Source: Candidatus Asgardarchaeum abyssi (GTDB lineage Archaea; Asgardarchaeota; Asgardarchaeia; Asgardarchaeales; Asgardarchaeaceae). From it: DNA of 10,625 nucleotides. The DNA lies in contig JBECUL010000066.1 in the NCBI GenBank assembly GCA_040225955.1, forward strand, positions 1 through 10,625, given 5' to 3'. This document shows positions 1 through 6,130 of this stretch, piece by piece; positions within the stretch are counted from its first letter, which is position 1; each line of letters opens with the position of its first letter. The notes under the pieces are model-generated. The model saw nothing but the letters and a program-made list of their open reading frames with translations. It did no database searches and was not told where the DNA came from. The position numbers and the translations under genes are program-made.

Positions 1-191
1 TACTGTGTTGTGGGGGATGATAACGACGGGTAGTGATTTCGATATGGATCATGAGGCAAAGCGGCTCTACGAACGTAAGCTCAAAAGATTTAATTCGATG
101 GCCGAGACTGGTAGGAGGGTGTTAACGGAGAGGCATAAAAAATAAAAGGAAGTAACGAGTACGAAGCATAGAGCGACGAAGTTTTTCATAG
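1..191 (+). mobile_element. Right-hand part of a putative IS110-family element, ending near GTTTTTCATAG (181-191)
   Basis: Transposase-like tail, a ~45-bp non-coding 3' segment, then an abrupt drop in GC at ~181-191. The end position is inferred from composition and from my recollection that some IS110 ends read TTTTCATAG. Confidence 0.45.
2..145 (+). CDS. C-terminal fragment (47 aa, runs off the left edge) of a probable IS110-family transposase/recombinase
   Basis: Frame 2 is open from the edge: TVLWGMITTGSDFDMDHEAKRLYERKLKRFNSMAETGRRVLTERHKK*. This resembles the tail of archaeal IS110 transposases (xxW(A/H)MLxxxExY/F...ERKLKR). Bases 1-180 are 45% GC (81/180) versus 22% for 181-240. Catalytic motifs lie outside the window. 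Confidence 0.55.
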   Translation, partial: TVLWGMITTGSDFDMDHEAKRLYERKLKRFNSMAETGRRVLTERHKK

Positions 192-323
192 AAATAAAAA
201 TAATAATTTTTGTGATATTGATTAACACCATACCTGAGAAGTCATAGTGTAATACTAGCGAGTAATAAAGTTATAAGATATGGTAATAAACGAACATGTA
301 GAAGATGTTGTAATATTGATTCT

Positions 324-773
324 TTATTCAGTTTCTTCTTTCTTTAATACCGATGTGTATTCATGTCTTATTTTGTCGACAATCTCAGAAATTTTATTTG
401 AAAGGTCAGCAAGCTGCTTAGCGAGCTCGTCCAAAGCTCTAACATCCTCGTCAAGAAGTTCTCTCAACGCTTCAACTTCTTTCATTGCCTCGCTTAATAA
501 TGGCTTTTCTTCCTTAGAATACACCTCAAGTTGTAAAGTGTCAAAATTCCATACTATCTGTCCATCTTTTATATCGAAATCGCATTTAATTCTCACTACG
601 TCATCTTTTTTAACGCCTTTTTCTTGTAGTATATCGAAAAGTTTCTGATTAAATTCTGCGGAAGCTCTTATGATCTCCTTTGGATCAATGCCCTTTGCTC
701 TAGCAAACATTACTCTTCTAACCTTATCTGCATAACCAGCTGCTCTTACAAAACCTGTTGACATGGTTGGCAT
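324..773 (-). CDS. ThermoDBP-related protein (ThermoDBP-RP1 / DUF2258 family), single-stranded nucleic-acid-binding protein
   Basis: Signature STGFVRAAGYADKVRRVMFA...RASAEFNQKLF...KDDVVRI.CDFDIKDGQIVWNFDTLQLEVY followed by a heptad coiled-coil tail, matching the Thermococcales-type RP1 architecture. Start placed at ATG 773, downstream of an SD-like G-run (781-786), rather than 788. Confidence 0.88.
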   Translation of the reverse strand: MPTMSTGFVRAAGYADKVRRVMFARAKGIDPKEIIRASAEFNQKLFDILQEKGVKKDDVVRIKCDFDIKDGQIVWNFDTLQLEVYSKEEKPLLSEAMKEVEALRELLDEDVRALDELAKQLADLSNKISEIVDKIRHEYTSVLKKEETE

Positions 774-823
774 TTTATAACCCCCCATTTTATAATTTCT
801 CTAATTTAAATTCTATTTTTTCA

Positions 824-839
824 ATTTATAACCTTTACG
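824..839 (-). promoter_or_regulatory. Archaeal BRE/TATA promoter for the ThermoDBP-RP gene
   Basis: Minus strand reads CGTAAAGG-TTATAAAT, about 50 nt upstream of the start codon. Confidence 0.6.
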
Positions 840-915
840 TTATTTTTTGAAATAAAATATGCAATTAAAAGAGTTTTTATGAAGATTATGTATGTTTATT
901 GGACTTAATTCAAAC

Positions 916-931
916 CCAAAAAACTTAAATA
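916..931 (+). promoter_or_regulatory. Archaeal BRE/TATA promoter for the ArsR-membrane protein operon
   Basis: CCAAAAAA-CTTAAATA, about 45-55 nt upstream of the GTG/ATG starts. Confidence 0.55.
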
Positions 932-973
932 CATCAAAATAAAATATAACTTCAGCAAAATGGAGTAAGTTGT

Positions 974-1537
974 GTGAATGACATGAGTGATATCTCAAAA
1001 CAAATAAAGAAACTTGAGGAAGAGCTTGAAAAGTTAAAGAAAAAGCTTCAAGAGATGGAGCTTCAAAGAGTTGATAGGAAGAGAGTAGAAGAACCAATAA
1101 GAATTCCTGTAGTAAGTCCTGAGGAAGCTGTAGATGTAGAGGTCAGGTCACCCATTGAAAACGAAATATTAAGGGATGTTCGCTCCATTTTTCAACGAAG
1201 TATGCAAGAAGCCGCAAGCAGAATAGTCCCTCTTTCTAAACTTGTTGATGATTTAGATCCTGTTGAGGCATCTAAAACTTTAGCGGCTTTAGCAAATGAC
1301 ATTAGACTTCTAATTTTGAAATTACTCTTTTATCAAGGTAGGTATTTTTCTGAACTTGAAGAAATTACTGGATTAAATCCTAGTCCCTTAAATTTTCACT
1401 TAGCAAAATTAATGGAAGCAGGTCTAGTAGTTCAAGAAAGAGCACGAGGTAGGTACATAATTACAAGGCCAGGGCAGGTCATAATTGTGTTGATATCTTA
1501 TTTATGGAAAAGGTTTAAGGAGGCACAACTAGGGTGA
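974..1537 (+). CDS. ArsR/SmtB-type winged-helix regulator with N-terminal coiled coil (start may be ATG 983)
   Basis: C-terminal LAALANDIRLLILKLL...FSELEEITGLNPSPLNFHLAKLMEAGLVVQERARGRYIIT is a classic ArsR-like wHTH. N-terminal IKKLEEELEKLKKKLQEME forms heptads. No Cys residues. Confidence 0.88.
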   Translation: MNDMSDISKQIKKLEEELEKLKKKLQEMELQRVDRKRVEEPIRIPVVSPEEAVDVEVRSPIENEILRDVRSIFQRSMQEAASRIVPLSKLVDDLDPVEASKTLAALANDIRLLILKLLFYQGRYFSELEEITGLNPSPLNFHLAKLMEAGLVVQERARGRYIITRPGQVIIVLISYLWKRFKEAQLG

Positions 1538-3420
1538 GGAAAAAATTCTCTTTCGAGTGGGAGTGGAGAAAGGAAAAAACTAGTCTCTCGAGCGCTTTAG
1601 CTACGATAGGTGTTTTATTCCTCTTAGTATGGTTTATATCATTTACTAACATATTTAGCCTATACCGTTATTCATTTTGGTTTTTCATAGCGTCCCTTCT
1701 CTTTTTCTGCATTTCAGAGGTTACATCAAAGGATAGTGTAGCATCAAAACTTTTAAGTGTCACTTTCTTTGTAGCAGCCTATCTATTCTTTTTTATAATA
1801 CTTGGACACTTTAATCTTTTAAAAGGTCCTTATTGGGACTTTGCGTTTAACATCTTACTTTTCATTTTTATCACCTTCTCAGCAATTATTTCCTTTGCAT
1901 ATCCATCACCAGTTCGCGCATCAATAATGGATAGAATAGGGTGTATTATGCTGGCCTTAACAATATTTATTGGCGCACTCTGGTATTTTACTAAAATAGA
2001 ACTTAGTCTTCCTTTGATAGAAAACTTGATTGCACTTTTACATATGGAAAGCTATCCTGATTACTTAATCTTTTTTGGATTAGTAGGCACCATGGGAGTA
2101 GGATTCCTTATCCGTAGCCTTAGATTTCATAAAGAGGGCATCTTTGCTGTGCTGGCAGAATTTTTCTCTTCTACGGCAAAATTCCTATTTGTATTTATAT
2201 TATTCTTGATAGTAATGCCTTTCCTTATACCTAGTGCGTCAATCCTTGCATGGATTTATTTCAATGAATTAATTGTGCTCCTTATAGTTGTCGGGATAAT
2301 TGCTATAGGCCTTAGCTCATTTAAAGTAGATGAGCTTGAGATCAAAGTAGGTCCTATTTCAAAGACTATTACTTCTCCTAAAGAGGAGTTGTCATTTGTA
2401 TCAAAAACAGTATCAAATCTATCTTCCGAATTAAGGATATACAGATTACTAAAAGATTGTGAGTTGATTAATAGGAAGAATATAATGTTAACATTAACTA
2501 AAGATTCTTTGTTAATTCCACTGGTTGATAGTAATGGTGTACGAAAGGGGATGATTGCTTTTGGCAGTGGCCAATATTTCATTCACACAATTATAAAGGA
2601 TATAACATCTGAATTCCATGGTGATTTAATATTAATTGGAACAAATGATATATGGGAAGGTAATCCGTGTATGGGCATTATACAAGAAATTCACCCCTCA
2701 GCCATCGAACCAAGAGTTTTTGACAAAATAACTAGGACAATAAACCAGAGATTAGACGAACTAAGTAAGTGGCGTGTAAAAAAAGAAAAGCATAAGAGAA
2801 TGAGTAGGACAAGGATAAAAATGCCCTTTATAGATATAGATGTGGATGAATTTTCTGATTATGCCGATATTAGGATCGGACCACTGCATGTGAGAAGTAT
2901 CGGTGGAAGGTCATATGTCAAAATGGGACCATTTTTAGTTATAGATGATTCATCAAAGATGTTAACTGAAAGTAACTTGATTGGAACAATAACAGATGAA
3001 AGTGGTGAAAAAACAAACTTTGCGATAAGAAATAGCAGTTTGCTCTTTAATAAAGGATCTCTTGACATATACATCTCAAAAGGCAGCACAATCATTTACG
3101 ATAAGAACATAAAGATCGTTTTCAAACCAAAGTCAATCTATATCAAAAGCGAACATTTTAAGCTAACATTACAAAAAGATCGATTGCTGACATTAAAAGG
3201 GGCAGATATAAAACTCCTAATCGATGCAGCAAATGGAAGTATAATCTTAAAGCGATTAGGTGGAGAACGAAGAATATATAAAGATATAACTGCTGCTAAC
3301 AGACTTCTCATGATCATCGAAGAAATGTCAGTCGACTTAGCACGTGAGATACTAGAAAATAAAGCACTTGAGAGTTTAAGCAGATTTCTTGACGAACTAG
3401 ATCAAACATTTGGCACATAA
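1534..3420 (+). CDS. Uncharacterised polytopic membrane protein (~8 TM helices) with a large beta-rich C-terminal domain
   Basis: 628-aa ORF with a GTGA start/stop overlap with the ArsR gene. Eight hydrophobic segments in the first ~262 aa, then a basic, beta-strand-patterned soluble region with xKxGP motifs. Confidence 0.8.
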   Translation: MRKKFSFEWEWRKEKTSLSSALATIGVLFLLVWFISFTNIFSLYRYSFWFFIASLLFFCISEVTSKDSVASKLLSVTFFVAAYLFFFIILGHFNLLKGPYWDFAFNILLFIFITFSAIISFAYPSPVRASIMDRIGCIMLALTIFIGALWYFTKIELSLPLIENLIALLHMESYPDYLIFFGLVGTMGVGFLIRSLRFHKEGIFAVLAEFFSSTAKFLFVFILFLIVMPFLIPSASILAWIYFNELIVLLIVVGIIAIGLSSFKVDELEIKVGPISKTITSPKEELSFVSKTVSNLSSELRIYRLLKDCELINRKNIMLTLTKDSLLIPLVDSNGVRKGMIAFGSGQYFIHTIIKDITSEFHGDLILIGTNDIWEGNPCMGIIQEIHPSAIEPRVFDKITRTINQRLDELSKWRVKKEKHKRMSRTRIKMPFIDIDVDEFSDYADIRIGPLHVRSIGGRSYVKMGPFLVIDDSSKMLTESNLIGTITDESGEKTNFAIRNSSLLFNKGSLDIYISKGSTIIYDKNIKIVFKPKSIYIKSEHFKLTLQKDRLLTLKGADIKLLIDAANGSIILKRLGGERRIYKDITAANRLLMIIEEMSVDLAREILENKALESLSRFLDELDQTFGT

Positions 3421-3433
3421 TTTGCAATTCAAC

Positions 3434-3922
3434 CTAAATCTCTTCGAGCATTTTATTTATTTTTTCTAGAGCATTTGATAGCTTATCCTTAAGAAATTTT
3501 AAGAGAATCAACTGATCACTCTTACTTAGTTTTTTTATAGCTTCAAGTCCAAAATCACTAATTAAAAAACTGATGGGTATTGGATGTCTAATGCCGCTTA
3601 CGACCATGTCAACATAATGTTTCATGAGTTGCTTTTCTCGCTCTTCTAAATACCTTAACCCCTTTTCAGTCATACTATACTTATATCTTGTTAATCCTCC
3701 TTTGCGATCTTCAATTTTTTTAACATAGCCGTGTTCTTCTAATTCGTTAAGAAGAGGGTATATTGTTGAATGTGACGGTTTCCAAGCACCACCAGTAATT
3801 TCTTTAATTTTCTTCATCAGATCATAACCATGACACTCACATTCTTTTAGTATTGAAAGAACTACGTATTCTATAATGCTTTTCTTCTTATCAAACGGAA
3901 GAAACTGAAAAATTCTCATCAT
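3434..3922 (-). CDS. PadR-family transcriptional regulator
   Basis: VLSILKECECHGYDLMKKIKEITGGAWKPSHSTIYPLLNELEEHGYV...RYKYSMTEKG is the PadR wHTH signature. GTGAGG SD lies just upstream; the start may be the second ATG (3919). Confidence 0.93.
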   Translation of the reverse strand: MMRIFQFLPFDKKKSIIEYVVLSILKECECHGYDLMKKIKEITGGAWKPSHSTIYPLLNELEEHGYVKKIEDRKGGLTRYKYSMTEKGLRYLEEREKQLMKHYVDMVVSGIRHPIPISFLISDFGLEAIKKLSKSDQLILLKFLKDKLSNALEKINKMLEEI

Positions 3923-4102
3923 TCCTCACAAAAATTCTCTGTGCCATATCACAAATAGATTCTTATTTTTTTGTTCTTATTTCTCAAGCTTATTAGATAT
4001 TAATTTTTCTATGAAAACAGTCAATTTTTGTCTAAAGCTAATTTTATTCTTCTTTATTTGTAGAGCTTACTTATAATTTTTAACTCTTACTAGGAAAAAG
4101 TT

Positions 4103-4127
4103 TTTGACAGGGCGTCAAATTTAATAT
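4103..4127 (+). promoter_or_regulatory. Palindrome TTTGAC-N5-GTCAAA abutting a TATA-like TTTAATAT box
   Basis: Perfect 6-bp arms at 4103-4108 and 4114-4119. TTTAATAT at 4120-4127 begins 28 nt upstream of the GGGG that opens the hairpin. Confidence 0.45.
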
Positions 4128-4147
4128 TTTTAAATCATTTATATTTA

Positions 4148-4205
4148 GGGGTACGGCAATTATTTTGTTCTGGGGCATACGCTACTTATCGCTGTACCTC
4201 TTTTT
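4148..4205 (+). ncRNA. Candidate small structured RNA (~53 nt plus T5 tail), family not recognised
   Basis: 5' GGGGUACGGC pairs with 3' GCUGUACCUC (10 bp, two G-U wobbles that work only on the + strand). It is 49% GC (26/53) against a nearly all-AT upstream flank, is followed immediately by TTTTT, and has a TATA-like box at -28. Confidence 0.5.
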
Positions 4206-4239
4206 AAATCACTCATTCTCGGATGGCCCTTTCTTAATA

Positions 4240-4270
4240 GAAACATATAAATTTTGATTGAGTAATCAAA
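4240..4270 (+). promoter_or_regulatory. BRE/TATA (GAAACA-TATAAAT) followed by operator-like palindrome TTTGATT-N4-AATCAAA
   Basis: TATAAAT at 4246-4252. Perfect 7-bp arms at 4253-4259 and 4264-4270 sit between the TATA box and ATG 4274. Confidence 0.55.
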
Positions 4271-4273
4271 TAT

Positions 4274-6106
4274 ATGGGGATTGTCATGCTTTTAGAAAGC
4301 TTAGTATTAGTGATCTTGTTATATATGATAAACTTTTGTTCATTAAGCAGATTTCTAAAAGGAGAAATCAACTTTAAGAAAATATTTCTTACTCCTTCCA
4401 GAGTTGTAGCTGCAATCATAGGAATTGTCCTATGGGCAATTCTATATTTTTCAACAATACCTCTATATTTATTCATCTTGATTATAATAGTGGCGAGAAT
4501 GGGTTTCATACTTCCTGCAGAAATTCTTTCTCTAGGTTTCAAACTAGAGTGGACATCCGAAGAACCAAGAAAATATAAATTAGTTCCTAAAAGTATGCGA
4601 GAGTCCAAAAAGCCATTAATTTTAGTAGCACTTTTAATAATTTCGATCTCTGCTGCGTCAGTAATATGGATTGGAATTGATAGACCAGTTGCCAACGCAG
4701 TTGCTTTTAACCAAACAATTAAAATCATTGAGAACGAGCCTTTTCTAAAAAATGAAATTCCAGCTGGCATGATGAGATTGGTAACACCAGAGCTAGCAAG
4801 AAGTATTGCAGAGCAGCATCTTTCATCGTTTGGCAGTAACATGGAAGTAAAGGGAGTGCATTTAAGTATAATAAACAACACTCTGGTTTGGGTTGTAGCA
4901 GTAGGATCTACTAACACATTTGCTGAAAATTACATCCAAGGTATCGTAGTTGTTAAAGCTAGTGATCCTCTTGCCGAACCTATATTGATAAAGAAACAAT
5001 TCAATATAGGTGAGGGTCTTTTCTTATTCAATGAAATTCATCTACATTCTTATGAGCGCAATCCTGTAGACTGTTATGGTACAGCTTATATTACACAAAC
5101 ACCAGATGGCGACTGGGTATATATTGTAACTCGATACTATGTTGGTCCAGATTTGATCGAGAGAGCAGATGGAATCATAATTTATAACCCGGATGGTACA
5201 ATAAAGGAAGAATACTCTATGGATGAAATTCCCGAGTGGGTTCCACAGCTTTATGATGAGGTTTGGTTAGAGGGGAAAATCAGCCAGTGGGGAAGCTTTA
5301 GGCGTGGAGATACATTTGACTTTTGGGCTAGAGGTTTCCTATGGATACAACCATCAAGAGATTTGGTTGAAATAAGTGAAGATTTGCGATATATTCAATC
5401 GCCAGACACAGGTCGAATGATTGGAATTGTTACCGTACATCCTGCGGCATCAGATCGTACTCTTGCAGGAGTGTTTGTTATTAATACTAGTGGCATCTTT
5501 TATTACGACTATCGTAAGTTCAATTACATAAGTGGACGTAGTGCGATAGATTATGTGGAGGGAAGACTTGTTCAACCGGCTCAAGGTTTCTATTATGGAA
5601 CTATGCCATTACTCTATGCAATTAAAGTCAACAATGAAACAAGGGTTGCTTGGTTTGTGCCAATTTATTGGGCACAATATAGTGAGGAGGAAGAACGTAT
5701 AACTTTCATTAGATTTGCTGGTCTAGGTATCGTTGATGCTTTAGATCCGAGTTATATTGTTGTAAATACTAACATTCAAGGAAAAAACGGACCGCAGGTA
5801 GTTAATGAAACAATCACATTATTCAAAAGCTTATTTGGTGTTGCACCTAAAGTAGAGAAAAAGACAGTTGATATCATTGCAAACGTTACCAATGTTTATC
5901 AGTATATATACAATGGTATGACACACATAGTTCTGGAACTTGACAACTCCACGTATCAATACATTGAAGGAACACCCGATAAATTAACTCCTAATGAATG
6001 GTATGAACTCCTAGCAACCAAAATAGGCGATAGAATCCATGCTAAGATAGAGCAAACCGATGACGGAAAATGGATTATCGTAGAATTCGATAACTTAGAA
6101 ATTTAA
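4274..6106 (+). CDS. Membrane-anchored cell-surface protein of unknown function (N-terminal TM helices, large ectodomain, probable C-terminal OB-like domain)
   Basis: 610-aa ORF with 3-4 N-terminal hydrophobic helices and 7 N-x-S/T sequons in the soluble part. Motifs YSMDEIPEWVPQLYD, PLLY and terminal KIGDRI...FDNL recall an uncharacterised family also found in Firmicutes. Start is ATG 4274 (leaderless) or ATG 4286 (after GGGGA). Confidence 0.82.
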   Translation: MGIVMLLESLVLVILLYMINFCSLSRFLKGEINFKKIFLTPSRVVAAIIGIVLWAILYFSTIPLYLFILIIIVARMGFILPAEILSLGFKLEWTSEEPRKYKLVPKSMRESKKPLILVALLIISISAASVIWIGIDRPVANAVAFNQTIKIIENEPFLKNEIPAGMMRLVTPELARSIAEQHLSSFGSNMEVKGVHLSIINNTLVWVVAVGSTNTFAENYIQGIVVVKASDPLAEPILIKKQFNIGEGLFLFNEIHLHSYERNPVDCYGTAYITQTPDGDWVYIVTRYYVGPDLIERADGIIIYNPDGTIKEEYSMDEIPEWVPQLYDEVWLEGKISQWGSFRRGDTFDFWARGFLWIQPSRDLVEISEDLRYIQSPDTGRMIGIVTVHPAASDRTLAGVFVINTSGIFYYDYRKFNYISGRSAIDYVEGRLVQPAQGFYYGTMPLLYAIKVNNETRVAWFVPIYWAQYSEEEERITFIRFAGLGIVDALDPSYIVVNTNIQGKNGPQVVNETITLFKSLFGVAPKVEKKTVDIIANVTNVYQYIYNGMTHIVLELDNSTYQYIEGTPDKLTPNEWYELLATKIGDRIHAKIEQTDDGKWIIVEFDNLEI

Positions 6107-6130
6107 AAATACAGCAAGCTATATACTTAC

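Noticed and set aside
280-648. 122-aa + strand ORF
   Set aside because: Ser-rich antisense shadow of the ThermoDBP-RP gene.
840-1097. 85-aa - strand ORF
   Set aside because: Overlaps the ArsR gene and its promoter in antisense; no recognisable protein features.
2256-3095. 108-aa and 78-aa - strand ORFs
   Set aside because: Antisense shadows inside the 628-aa gene.
3940-3953. TGTG-N6-CACA palindrome upstream of PadR
   Set aside because: Arms of only 4 bp; not distinguishable from chance.
4148-4186. Superficial likeness to a Tn3-family terminal inverted repeat (GGGGTAC...ACGCTA)
   Set aside because: Lacks the internal A-tract and TAAG end, has no partner IR or transposase, and self-pairing with 4191-4200 explains it better.
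4148-4205. tRNA half, C/D or H/ACA guide, or SECIS interpretation of the hairpin
   Set aside because: No D/T-loop motifs, no RUGAUGA or CUGA boxes, no ACA tail, no GA quartet, and no in-frame UGA gene nearby.
4077-4216. Mini-CRISPR array
   Set aside because: Repeats are only 10-16 bp and unevenly spaced (50 and 74 bp), and no cas genes are present.
3923-4273. Replication origin
   Set aside because: AT-rich but has no ORB/mini-ORB motifs and no adjacent cdc6/orc1.
4234-4917. 227-aa - strand ORF
   Set aside because: Antisense shadow of the 610-aa gene, with no motif or evident expression signals.
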